Assembly (NCBI GenBank): GCA_900767825.1
Contig: CAAGAN010000033.1
Location: forward strand, 128,533-192,532
Reading direction: 5' to 3'
DNA: 64,000 nt
Source: Bacilli bacterium
Lineage (GTDB): Bacteria > Bacillota_I > Bacilli_A > RFN20 > CAG-826
The notes under the pieces are model-generated. The model saw nothing but the letters and a program-made list of their open reading frames with translations, did no database searches and had not been told where the DNA came from. Both the position numbers and the translations under genes were made by a program. This document shows, one piece after another, positions 45,744 to 55,379 of this stretch. Every line of letters starts with the position of its first letter. Position 1 is the first letter of the stretch.

Positions 45744-46556
45744 TTATTGAGCAGTAAAGATAGTTAAATCAGGATAGTTAAGGTCGCATTTATCCCAATC
45801 ATAGGTAGTATTAGTTTCGACTGAGAATGCAGATCCTTCATTATTTCCAGTAGTCTTCAAAGTAACTAAAACTGGTAAATAGGAAGCTGTGACCAGCTTG
45901 GATTCGCTTGTATAAGACATTGCAGAAGAAGAAAGTTTAGCAAAGGCTTCAACTTTGATATCCCCATCACCTTTTCCTTTATAGAACTTATAGGAGGTAG
46001 AGGCATTTGATCCACCTGCATCAACGTTAATGTCAATATTGACGCCACTAGCCATTTTTACAATGGAATCATAGATACTGACGAACATTTCCTTGAGATC
46101 TTCGTTTTCATAGCCGGCTTGATTCATAGCGTTATCAAAGCTAGTATCGACATTAGTTTCGACTTTGGTATAGGATTTGGTTTCTCCGTCAGACATGGCA
46201 CTGACAAAGGCATTGTCTTTTACATACATCCAGGTTTCAACATTGGCTGAATCTGAACCGGTTTCGCCAGAAACAGAAGCATAAATATAACGATTATCAA
46301 TGTCGATAGCCGTCTTAATCTCAGCATTACCAGCTGCCATATCTTCATCATATTTGCCAGAAACCTTTGAAGAATTCGAGATTGTGAATTTCTTTGGAAG
46401 AGTGAAACTATCTTTCTTAACTTCTTCTTTAGCAGCTTTAGCGGATTTAGCAATGGTTTCTTTATCAACTTCTTTATAATCTGATCCAGGTTCTTTTCCG
46501 CAGCTAACTAATAATGTGGCTGCAGGTAATATTAATAATAAACTTTTATTTTTCAT
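45744..46556 (-). CDS. lipoprotein, function unknown
   Basis: 270 aa. Lipobox LLVSCG. GAGGT RBS. Confidence 0.6.
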   Translation of the reverse strand: MKNKSLLLILPAATLLVSCGKEPGSDYKEVDKETIAKSAKAAKEEVKKDSFTLPKKFTISNSSKVSGKYDEDMAAGNAEIKTAIDIDNRYIYASVSGETGSDSANVETWMYVKDNAFVSAMSDGETKSYTKVETNVDTSFDNAMNQAGYENEDLKEMFVSIYDSIVKMASGVNIDINVDAGGSNASTSYKFYKGKGDGDIKVEAFAKLSSSAMSYTSESKLVTASYLPVLVTLKTTGNNEGSAFSVETNTTYDWDKCDLNYPDLTIFTAQ

Positions 46557-46689
46557 AATTTTTACCTCGGGATTTCATTATATATCTTAAATTAAAACTT
46601 AAGGAAATAATTTTTATAAAAATAGACAAGGGAATATAAGATGTATATTTTTAGGAAATAGTTAAAGAAAAGTGACTAGAAAAATGTAT

Positions 46690-47349
46690 TTATTTTTTTG
46701 GGTTAGTAAATAAGAAACCGCCCATGGAATAATGCATTTTCTCGGCAAATTCCGAACTAAGGAAAATATCTTTGCTTAAGAAACTATGATCTGCACCGCT
46801 TTGCTCGTGAAAGAAAAGCTCGAATTTAGTTTTATCTATATACCATTCATCATTAGATAAAGGTATATGGAATACATTTATTCCTTTACCAAAAGAAAAC
46901 TTCTTTTGCAGGTTCTTTGTAAATTCATCTTTGTATTTTATTCCTAGATAAGAATCAAAATAAAGACCTTCCTTATCCCTTAAATAACCATAGTCAGGTT
47001 CGCCTATACTTATATCCATTATATACGTGAAAGGTTTTTCTTCGTTATATCTATAAAAGGAAGCCTTCTTATATTTCAAATATGTCGCATCAAAGACAAA
47101 TTCAACTGGCTTTATTAGATTATAGGTAAAGCAAATACCGACTTCATCTAAATCAAGGCTTATTTCTCCTAGAGGATCTTTCCCATCATTATTTGAATAA
47201 ATAGAAACTGATTCTCCATAAAGCAAGGAAGGATAATCAGGTGGTATGATCTCTTGCTGAAAAGGCCAGCACGAAGACAAAATAGACGTGAATAATAGGC
47301 TAGATGCTAGTTTTGTTATCTTAAAATCTTTTAAGTATCTTAACCACAT
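46690..47349 (-). CDS. lipoprotein, tandem paralog 2
   Basis: MWLRYLKDFKITKLASSLLFTSILSSCW from the ATG at 47349, 2 nt after the upstream stop (AAGGAA RBS). The ORF-track start at 47394 is an extension into the upstream gene. Confidence 0.6.
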   Translation of the reverse strand: MWLRYLKDFKITKLASSLLFTSILSSCWPFQQEIIPPDYPSLLYGESVSIYSNNDGKDPLGEISLDLDEVGICFTYNLIKPVEFVFDATYLKYKKASFYRYNEEKPFTYIMDISIGEPDYGYLRDKEGLYFDSYLGIKYKDEFTKNLQKKFSFGKGINVFHIPLSNDEWYIDKTKFELFFHEQSGADHSFLSKDIFLSSEFAEKMHYSMGGFLFTNPKK

Positions 47350-47351
47350 AG

Positions 47352-48002
47352 TTATTCCTTTGAGCTTGAGTAAGAAAATACAAATCCAACCCAAGAATAG
47401 TACATTTTCTCGGCAAATTCAGGGCTAAGGTATGTCGTGTTACTTAAAAAGGCATTTCCCCAAGAGGACTTCCATTTAAAAACCAATTCCAATTCTTTTT
47501 TATCTATATACCATTCATCATTAGACAAAGGTATATGGAATACATTTATTCCTTTATCGAAAGAAAACTTCTTTTGCAGGTTTGATGTAAATTCGTCCTT
47601 GTATTTTATCCCTAGGTAGCAATTGAAATAGAAGCCCTCTTTATCCTTTAAATAACCAAAGTTAGGATTTCCCATGTAAATGTAATAACCAGAAACAATG
47701 CATTCGTTGTCATCATTTTTATAAAAAGAGGCATTTTTGTATTTTAAATAGGTCGCATCAAAAAGGAATTCGAACGGTTTTACTAGGTTATAGGTGAAAC
47801 AAATCCCGATATCATCTAAATCAATAGATACTTCTCCAAGACAATCATTCCCGTCTTCATCTGAATAAATAGAGATAGATTCTCCATAAAGCAAATGTTG
47901 GGTCGGAGGAATTCCTCTTTGTGTTTTAGGAAAAACAAAGCCACATGAAGAGAGAATGAATGTAAGCAATAAGCTCGATATTATCTTTGCTTTAAACTTC
48001 AT
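47352..48002 (-). CDS. lipoprotein, tandem paralog 1
   Basis: MKFKAKIISSLLLTFILSSCG from the ATG at 48002 (AAGGAG RBS). The ORF-track start at 48017 is a GTG. Confidence 0.6.
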   Translation of the reverse strand: MKFKAKIISSLLLTFILSSCGFVFPKTQRGIPPTQHLLYGESISIYSDEDGNDCLGEVSIDLDDIGICFTYNLVKPFEFLFDATYLKYKNASFYKNDDNECIVSGYYIYMGNPNFGYLKDKEGFYFNCYLGIKYKDEFTSNLQKKFSFDKGINVFHIPLSNDEWYIDKKELELVFKWKSSWGNAFLSNTTYLSPEFAEKMYYSWVGFVFSYSSSKE

Positions 48003-48095
48003 AAGTCTCCTTTTCACTGAACTCTTTTGCTAATTAGATTATAGCAACCAAAAAATATATAGCCACTTCTATCGATCCTTATAGACTTAAAAGAA

Positions 48096-48995
48096 TCATT
48101 CATATTCACATTGACGGATGGTGAGTTTAGAAATATTGAAATTGAATTCCTGGTTATTTTTATATGGGGCTTGGTTAAGCCTGAATTCAAAATAAGATAC
48201 ATTATCAGCAGGAGTAATATAAATCTTTACTTCCCCATTATTTAATATGGTCGAACAGTATTTATCTCCAAAATAGGTATCGGTTTTAATTAGTTCAGCT
48301 GTTTTAGAAAATGAATAAATTGTGAATAATGGCTTATCTTTCTTTGGGTTTTTACCTTGTGTCCCATGATTAGCAGATACTTTAAACCTAAATTCGATTT
48401 TCTTATTGCTAACTAAGCAAGGGGATTGGATACCAACTTGACTTTTGCCATTATAATGTTTATCAAAATAATCCATCTTCAAGCCATTAACATCAGGATT
48501 ATCTTCGTTATATTCATATTTTTTGGGGCCTGGTCTATCATATTTTGAGTTTCCATAAATTAGAGAAAACCCTCCTCCAATTGGAGAAGAAGAATATTCG
48601 CTTGTATCAAAAGTGTAGTATTGTCCGCTATAATCGAATGGATCATTATAATTAGATGGGACGTCAATTCGCTTTGATCCATCTGGATTATTCCCGCTTA
48701 CTTCAGGGTCATTATCTATATCTGAACTAGAAGATTGGCTAGTTGAACTAGAAGAGCTTGAACTAATCGAAGACTCTTGACTACTTGAAATAGATTCTTT
48801 GCTACTAATACTAGATTCGCTAGAAGTAAGACTACTTTCGGTTGATTCAATTTCTGAAGTAGATGTGTTTAGCAAAGAACTATCATTAGAAGAAAGTTCG
48901 CTTGAAGTTAACTTGCTACTAGAACTACTTAAATCATGTTTGCAAGAGGCTAATAATAAAGAAAACAAGAGTAAGGAAAATGATTTTTTATTCAT
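48096..48995 (-). CDS. lipoprotein with a ~75-aa Ser-rich linker and a C-terminal globular domain
   Basis: 299 aa. Lipobox LLASCK. Residues from about 22 to 100 are mostly Ser/Thr/Glu. The start overlaps the rimO stop by 8 nt. Confidence 0.6.
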   Translation of the reverse strand: MNKKSFSLLLFSLLLASCKHDLSSSSSKLTSSELSSNDSSLLNTSTSEIESTESSLTSSESSISSKESISSSQESSISSSSSSSTSQSSSSDIDNDPEVSGNNPDGSKRIDVPSNYNDPFDYSGQYYTFDTSEYSSSPIGGGFSLIYGNSKYDRPGPKKYEYNEDNPDVNGLKMDYFDKHYNGKSQVGIQSPCLVSNKKIEFRFKVSANHGTQGKNPKKDKPLFTIYSFSKTAELIKTDTYFGDKYCSTILNNGEVKIYITPADNVSYFEFRLNQAPYKNNQEFNFNISKLTIRQCEYE

Positions 48996-50283
48996 TTATT
49001 AGTTCACCTGCTAAATCATAAGTAAAAGCAGATGTAATCTTAACTTTTACTATATCACCTTCAGCTAAATCCCTATCTGATTTGAAATAGATATTCCCAT
49101 CAATTTCATCTGGGGCGTTCCAAGTTGACCTAAGCATATAAGTCCCATCGCTTAACCTAGAAGAAATGACGATGCCTTCGAAAGTTTTGCCAACTTGGGA
49201 CAAGGCTTTCTTAAATGAAATGACTTGCTGCAATTTCATTAATTCGTCTTTTCTTTTCTTTTTGATAGATTCTTTTATTTGGTTAGGATAAGAATAAGAT
49301 GCAGTACCTTCTTCTCTAGAATAGGTAAAGCAACCCATATGGTCGAATTCGACTTCATTAAGGAATTCTTTTGTTTCTTCTAGGTCTGCTTCATTTTCTC
49401 CAGGGAAGCCTGCGATTAATGTAGTTCTTAAAATGGCATCAGGGCAAATTTCCTTGATGTCTTTGAATAGCTTCCTCATCTGAGCCATATCACCGTGCCT
49501 ATTCATTAATTTAAGGAGATGGTCAGAAGCACATTGGACAGGTATATCAAAATAATGGGCAATTTGCTTACTTGAAGCAATATGTTTAATTAATTCAAGG
49601 CTAATCTCGCTTGGATAAAGGTAAAGCAACCTAATCGAATAGAAGCCAATATCTTCTAAAGATTTCAATAAATCGACAATATCAGGCTTTTTGGAAGGGA
49701 AATCAATTCCATAGATTGTTGTATCTTGGCTAATCAAGGAGATTTCTTTTACTCCTTTTTCTTTTAATAATTTAGCCTCTTCAATTACTTCTTCAAATGG
49801 ACGAGATTTGAATCTACCCCTAATATAAGGAATCGCACAGAAGGAACAGAAATTATCACATCCTTCTGAAATCCTTAGATATGCTGAATAAGAAGATGAA
49901 GACAAGACTCTCCTAAAGGAAGAAAATGGAAGGATATCGTTAATTCCAGTTACTTCAATTAGTTTTTCCTTTAGATTTGAATAAGAAGAAATTGGTATAA
50001 AGGCATCGACTTCAGGAAGTTCTTTCTTTAATTCCCCTTCATAACGTTCAACTAGACATCCCACTACAATAAGCTTTGCATCATATTTAGCCATTTCGAG
50101 TATCGTATTTATCGATTCTTTTTTGGCACTAGAAATGAAGCCGCATGTATTGACGATTATAAAATCCGCTTCTTTTGGGGAAGAAGTTATTTCAAAGCTA
50201 GGAGTGTCAAACATCCCTAATATCGATTCAGAATCAATAAGGTTTTTCGCGCATCCTAGCGAGACGATGCCGACTTTCTTCAT
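48988..50283 (-). CDS. rimO: ribosomal protein S12 methylthiotransferase RimO
   Basis: 431 aa. VSLGCAKNLIDSE N-terminus, radical-SAM CDNFCSFCAIP, C-terminal TRAM-like domain. Confidence 0.85.
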   Translation of the reverse strand: MKKVGIVSLGCAKNLIDSESILGMFDTPSFEITSSPKEADFIIVNTCGFISSAKKESINTILEMAKYDAKLIVVGCLVERYEGELKKELPEVDAFIPISSYSNLKEKLIEVTGINDILPFSSFRRVLSSSSYSAYLRISEGCDNFCSFCAIPYIRGRFKSRPFEEVIEEAKLLKEKGVKEISLISQDTTIYGIDFPSKKPDIVDLLKSLEDIGFYSIRLLYLYPSEISLELIKHIASSKQIAHYFDIPVQCASDHLLKLMNRHGDMAQMRKLFKDIKEICPDAILRTTLIAGFPGENEADLEETKEFLNEVEFDHMGCFTYSREEGTASYSYPNQIKESIKKKRKDELMKLQQVISFKKALSQVGKTFEGIVISSRLSDGTYMLRSTWNAPDEIDGNIYFKSDRDLAEGDIVKVKITSAFTYDLAGELINE

Positions 50284-51752
50284 TATCTATTATCCTTCTT
50301 TAGTTCTTCTTTATATTCTTTTAAAGCCTCGAATAGGTCTTTGTTATCTTTTAGTTTATAAGTCCAGTTGCGGTCATCGACAATTCCTGGAACATTGATT
50401 CTAGAATAGCTATCTTCATTAAGTAGGTCTTCCGCCATCAAAAGGACATATTTTGCATCTTTCCTTAAAGCAAATTTGATTAAGGAAGATACATAATTGA
50501 CTCTGTCTAAACCCATGTTGGATAAGGCATCTAGCCACCTATTTCTTTCATATTCATCTAAGGAAGCAACATAAGAATATGTCGTATCGTTATCATGTGT
50601 CCCTAGATAGACAACTGAATTATAGGCATTGTATCCACTCTTATTTTCTAGCACATCATCATGGAAAGTGAATTGGATAACATTCATTCCGGGAAGGTTA
50701 TAATGGTCACGTAATACCAAAACTTCATTACGTAAATCACCTAAATCCTCGGCGATTATTTCTATATTAGGATAGGAAGCAAATAACTTATCAAAGAATT
50801 CATATCCAGGTGCTTCAATCCAATTTCCCTCTATGGCAGTTGGGCAACTTGAAGGAATCTTCCAATAGGTATCGAAAGCACGGAAATGATCTAGACGGAT
50901 GATGTCATATAATTTGGCATTCAAGGCAATACGGTTAATTAAGAATGAGAATCCGTTTTGCTTGAATTTATCCCAGTTATAAATAGGATTACCCCATCTT
51001 TGGCCAGTCGCAGAGAAATAATCTGGCGGTACCCCTGCTATAAAAGTAGGTTGCTTAGTAACTGGGTCTAGTAAGAATGAATCTTGATCGCTCCAGACAT
51101 CGCAAGAATCAAAGCCAACATAAAAAGGAATGTCTCCGATAATGCGAATTCCGTTAGAAAGGGCAAATTCATGAAGGGAATTCCATTGGCTATATAATTT
51201 CATCTGTAGCCAGATATGAAAATTAACCATACCCTTTTCTTTATTATTTAGATTATATGGATTAGAAACATAGTCCTGTTTCCTTTTTTCCCAGTGGTCC
51301 CAGCTTCTATTATCTTCGTCTTTAAAAGTAGCAAAGACGGCATAATTAGCTACCCAAGAGTTACTTTTCTTAAATTCGTCCATTGCCTTCTTGGCTTTGT
51401 TTTTATCCTTTAAGTAGGCTTTATAGGCGTATTCGCGTTTTATTTCCCTGGCCTTTTCATAACTAACTTTATCACTAATAGGAGCCTTTTTAGGTAGAGA
51501 AGATAATAACCCTTCTTTCTTTAAAGACTCTAAATCTAGATATAATTCATCTAGAGCAAAAGAAGAAAATGGCTGGTAAGGAGAATGCCCAAACCCTAAT
51601 GGATTTAAAGGCAAAATCTGCCATAACTTGAATCCGTTTTCCTTTAGATTCTTGATAAGGGAATAACCATCCTTCCCAAAATCCCCAATCCCATAATCGC
51701 CCTTTAAGGCTGAAATTGGTAACAATAATCCTGCTTGTCTAATTTTTTCCAT
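50283..51752 (-). CDS. malQ: 4-alpha-glucanotransferase (GH77 amylomaltase)
   Basis: 489 aa. YGIGDFG near the N-terminus, GDIPFYV, IIAEDLGD. Confidence 0.9.
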   Translation of the reverse strand: MEKIRQAGLLLPISALKGDYGIGDFGKDGYSLIKNLKENGFKLWQILPLNPLGFGHSPYQPFSSFALDELYLDLESLKKEGLLSSLPKKAPISDKVSYEKAREIKREYAYKAYLKDKNKAKKAMDEFKKSNSWVANYAVFATFKDEDNRSWDHWEKRKQDYVSNPYNLNNKEKGMVNFHIWLQMKLYSQWNSLHEFALSNGIRIIGDIPFYVGFDSCDVWSDQDSFLLDPVTKQPTFIAGVPPDYFSATGQRWGNPIYNWDKFKQNGFSFLINRIALNAKLYDIIRLDHFRAFDTYWKIPSSCPTAIEGNWIEAPGYEFFDKLFASYPNIEIIAEDLGDLRNEVLVLRDHYNLPGMNVIQFTFHDDVLENKSGYNAYNSVVYLGTHDNDTTYSYVASLDEYERNRWLDALSNMGLDRVNYVSSLIKFALRKDAKYVLLMAEDLLNEDSYSRINVPGIVDDRNWTYKLKDNKDLFEALKEYKEELKKDNR

Positions 51753-51828
51753 TCTAAAAACACCTTTCTAGAAACTCTTATATTTTATATAAGAAAGAAG
51801 AACAATTAAACTATATTAAATATAAATT

Positions 51829-52719
51829 CTAACAATTTCTTTCAATTTTTCTCATCTTATATTTCATTTTTATCCATTCTATGTCTAGTTTCATCCTTCT
51901 ATTTTCAAAAGGAAGTGCTAGTAATGGACCTAATAATAATGTTCCGATTGTATATGGAATAAATAAATATAAGACAGGAGTAAATTTAATAACCCCATTT
52001 ACATAATAAGTCTGTAGATATGGAATTAACATTGGATAAAATGGTCCTAATATCTTATCCATATCTGGAGTTGGGCCAAATGGAAGAGAAGAATTTAATA
52101 GTGGATTGCCTCTATCTAAAAATTCATTCCAAGGCAACTTGTATAAAATTAGATTAAGCAAACATGCATTAGCTACTAAAATAGCTTCCACCGCCATAAA
52201 CATAAATGGCATCGCGATTAACCGATGGTAATTTAACTCATGGAACCCAGAATCTACTTCTAGATATCCAATAATTAATAAAGGTATATGGCAAATATAG
52301 AACCTAGATACTTCTAGGAAATTCTCTAGTTCACCTAAATCAAGTCCAAAGGCACTTGTTGGACATAAAAAAACAAGCAAAGAAGATATTATCCCCATGT
52401 AGAAAAGATAATCCTTCATGTATTTATTGCCCCACTTAATGATAAATGGGGATGCCATTATCAAGAAAGCGCAGAGATTTTCAGCAGTAGATCTGCCTAG
52501 CCCCATTGGCCAAGAAGCAACATAGAATGGATTTAGTTGTTTTACAAAATGAAGGGCAAAATTACTCCACGCCAAAACCGAAATAAAGCGGTAAGTCCAA
52601 TCCTTGCCAAAACGTCTAGAAAGGAAAGTAGAGACAACAAAACAAACACAAATGAGCGCAATGAAAAGAAAGTAAGGGAAATTGAAAAGTTCGACTTTTA
52701 GGTATAAATTCCCCCACAT
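51829..52719 (-). CDS. integral membrane protein, function unknown; last gene of the gal string
   Basis: 296 aa with about 8 hydrophobic segments. It starts 6 nt after the galK stop. Confidence 0.5.
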   Translation of the reverse strand: MWGNLYLKVELFNFPYFLFIALICVCFVVSTFLSRRFGKDWTYRFISVLAWSNFALHFVKQLNPFYVASWPMGLGRSTAENLCAFLIMASPFIIKWGNKYMKDYLFYMGIISSLLVFLCPTSAFGLDLGELENFLEVSRFYICHIPLLIIGYLEVDSGFHELNYHRLIAMPFMFMAVEAILVANACLLNLILYKLPWNEFLDRGNPLLNSSLPFGPTPDMDKILGPFYPMLIPYLQTYYVNGVIKFTPVLYLFIPYTIGTLLLGPLLALPFENRRMKLDIEWIKMKYKMRKIERNC

Positions 52720-52725
52720 ATATAT

Positions 52726-53895
52726 TTACCTTATTACTTTTGGCCCACCTTCGACTATATTGACATTCTTGACGTTTTTAGCCCCATAATGTCCTATAGC
52801 CTCAGCCATGTAGGTATTTAATTCGCTAGGGAAAGTAAAGGCAATGATGCTACCGGCAAATCCTCCGCCCATGATACGTTCGGCCCCATTGCCTAGATAT
52901 GGGCGAAGTATATCCAAAGCTTCTTGAGGAGAACCTTTATATTGCCCTGGAACCATTGTATTTTGTAACATGGTCGAAGAGGAATAACCACTAGAATTGA
53001 CGGCATCCAAGAAACAATTTACATCATTAATCTTCAAGGCTTCCTTAGCCTTTATTACTCTTTCGTTTTCTTCAAAATAATGGGTAGCCCTCATCTTGGC
53101 TAATTCGCTTACTCCCCTATTTGGTTTAGTGATTTTATCAAAGAAAGTTTGCTTTGATACCATTCTTAGATAAGGTACATCAAATACATTTTGGGCGACA
53201 AGTTTCATATCTTCCCCAATCGAAGCATATAAAGGGGTCAAGTTGGCATGGCTTCCACCCGTATTGATTAAGACTACCTTTAAAGGCATATTGAACGGAA
53301 CTACTTCTGTAACTGGATTTTCTAGCGATTCAAAGTCAACATAGATCATCCCTCCGAAACTAGTTCCGATTTGGTCTAATAATCCACATGGCTTGCCAAA
53401 ATAGACATTCTCGGCATATTTGCCAATCTTAGCCATTTGCAAGGGGGTAATCCTATCTTCGTTATAAAGCATTGAAACGATTTTAACGATTAAAGATTCA
53501 TAGCAGGCGCTAGAAGAAACTCCAGCACCAGGGAAAATATCAGAAACGAAGGCACCTTTGAATCCGCCAATGTTGAATCCAAGTTCCTTGCATTTAGACA
53601 AAACTCCCTTAACAAGGGCTTTTGAAGTCCCGTATTCATCTTTATTAGGAGTCAAATCATTTATATCGAACTTAATCTTCTTATAACCTTGGGAAATAAC
53701 TTCGATACTCCCATCATCGGTTTTAGAGAAAGCTCCAGTTATACCCATATCGACCCCACCTACTAGGCAAAGTCCATGGTTATGGTCGGTATGGTTTCCT
53801 AGAATCTCAAGTCTACCATGAGAAAAAACGATATGTTCTGGGGATAAGAAGAAATTAGATACAAATAATTCTTCGGCATTCGCGGTATAAATCAT
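52726..53895 (-). CDS. galK: galactokinase
   Basis: 389 aa. GRLEILGNHTDHNHG and PGAGVSSSA. Confidence 0.93.
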   Translation of the reverse strand: MIYTANAEELFVSNFFLSPEHIVFSHGRLEILGNHTDHNHGLCLVGGVDMGITGAFSKTDDGSIEVISQGYKKIKFDINDLTPNKDEYGTSKALVKGVLSKCKELGFNIGGFKGAFVSDIFPGAGVSSSACYESLIVKIVSMLYNEDRITPLQMAKIGKYAENVYFGKPCGLLDQIGTSFGGMIYVDFESLENPVTEVVPFNMPLKVVLINTGGSHANLTPLYASIGEDMKLVAQNVFDVPYLRMVSKQTFFDKITKPNRGVSELAKMRATHYFEENERVIKAKEALKINDVNCFLDAVNSSGYSSSTMLQNTMVPGQYKGSPQEALDILRPYLGNGAERIMGGGFAGSIIAFTFPSELNTYMAEAIGHYGAKNVKNVNIVEGGPKVIR

Positions 53896-55376
53896 CTTAA
53901 GGCTCCTTCTATGAAGGACTTGAATTCCTTCATGTCTAATTCATTATCTTTGAAGACTGCTACATTTTTCAATATATTGCGGCAAATATCGGCAATATAT
54001 TCTCTTGAGGTAATCTTTTCGTTCCTCATTCTATCTAGCATGTCGGTGAATATATCTAGATCAGGGTAGAGTTTTATTGCCTCTATATTGCTTAATCCTT
54101 TTTCGATACATTCTTCCACTTCTTTAGATTGTCTAACTAATCTAGCTGGAAGGATGAAATAGCCAGCTGCTTCGATTAACCCAATTCCTTCATGCTTGAT
54201 ATGGGCATATTCAGGATGGGCATGGAAGATACCGGTAGGATATTTTTCATCGCACCTATTGTTACGGAGAATGATATACATCTCGTATTTATCATCTACT
54301 TTCCTAACAATTGGGGTAACAGTAGAATGCTTGATATCCCCTTCATAGGAAATGATATCTAGTTCCTTATTATCATAATGCCTCCAGGCTTCTTCTATTT
54401 TTGAGGCAGCATCCAATATATCTTCTTTGGAAGATGATACTAATTTAATGACTGAATCATAGAAATCCAATATGGATATCTTTAATCCATTTTCATCCTT
54501 AATCACGATTCTATCTTTAGCCTTCATCAAAGGCATGACATGGGCGCCACCCTGGAAATGTTCATGGTTAAGAATAGAACCTCCAACAATAGGAAGATCG
54601 CTATTTGAGCCGATGAAATAATGAGGGAATAAATCGACAATATCGAATAATCTCCTAAATATTCTAGGAGATATTTCCATGAATACATGCTTTTCATAGA
54701 AGGCAATGCAGTGATTTGAATAATAAACATATGGGGAGAATTGAAGGAACCATTTCTCTCCTTCTAAATCCAAATCAATATAACGTATATTTTCCCTAGC
54801 AGGATGCTTTTCATTACCCTTGAATCCGATATTTTCCTTACATAATAAGCATTTAGGATAGCCAGTTGATTTAGAACCTACTAATTTAGCAATGTCCTTA
54901 TTATTCTTTTCTGGTTTAGATAAATTAATGGAAATATCTAAGGATGGTCCATCTTTGTAATTGGCCTCGAATACTATATTTTTATCTACTTTTGATTTGG
55001 CAATGTAGTTATTCTCGATGCTTAGATTATATAGATAATCAGTCGCTTCTTTTGCCTTTCCTTGATTGATTAAGGAATGGCAATACCTATTGACATAGGA
55101 TGGAGTTGGGCTAACTAAACCAAAGCAATAGGTTGCCTCTAGTTCGGCATCATGACTATTTAATCCAGATTCGATAAAATCATTAACCAATGAATCAAAT
55201 ATCTCATCTGGTAACTTCAAGGAATCGATATGGTCTTTTTCTAATTCACCTTCAAAAGGAGTATCTAGATTATATTTGCCTAGCAATAAGTTCCTATAAT
55301 AATCGACATCTTCGTTTTTTAAATCAAGATGGCTAGAAGCAAATAATAGAAGTTCTTCAATTGATTTATTTAGCAT
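53892..55376 (-). CDS. galT: UDP-glucose--hexose-1-phosphate uridylyltransferase (type 2 GalT)
   Basis: 494 aa. GGSILNHEHFQGG. ATGA overlap with galK. Confidence 0.92.
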   Translation of the reverse strand: MLNKSIEELLLFASSHLDLKNEDVDYYRNLLLGKYNLDTPFEGELEKDHIDSLKLPDEIFDSLVNDFIESGLNSHDAELEATYCFGLVSPTPSYVNRYCHSLINQGKAKEATDYLYNLSIENNYIAKSKVDKNIVFEANYKDGPSLDISINLSKPEKNNKDIAKLVGSKSTGYPKCLLCKENIGFKGNEKHPARENIRYIDLDLEGEKWFLQFSPYVYYSNHCIAFYEKHVFMEISPRIFRRLFDIVDLFPHYFIGSNSDLPIVGGSILNHEHFQGGAHVMPLMKAKDRIVIKDENGLKISILDFYDSVIKLVSSSKEDILDAASKIEEAWRHYDNKELDIISYEGDIKHSTVTPIVRKVDDKYEMYIILRNNRCDEKYPTGIFHAHPEYAHIKHEGIGLIEAAGYFILPARLVRQSKEVEECIEKGLSNIEAIKLYPDLDIFTDMLDRMRNEKITSREYIADICRNILKNVAVFKDNELDMKEFKSFIEGALR

Positions 55377-55379
55377 TAT

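Larger units (their letters stand above)
46690..48002 (-). repeat. tandem gene duplication, period about 668 nt
   Basis: The proteins are about two-thirds identical by eye. DNA blocks starting at 46843 and 47511 (ccattcatcattaga.aaaggtatatggaatacatttattccttta...) are near-identical over about 100 nt. Confidence 0.8.

Noticed and set aside
46610-46623. 14-nt perfect palindrome ATTTTTATAAAAAT upstream of the 270-aa lipoprotein gene as an operator
   Set aside because: It consists purely of A/T in a very AT-rich spacer, so it is likely to arise by chance. No second copy was noticed.
48014-48202. 62-aa ORF spanning the gap between the Ser-rich lipoprotein gene and tandem paralog 1
   Set aside because: It mostly overlaps the 3' end of the 299-aa lipoprotein gene out of frame. 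It has no RBS and an implausible product.
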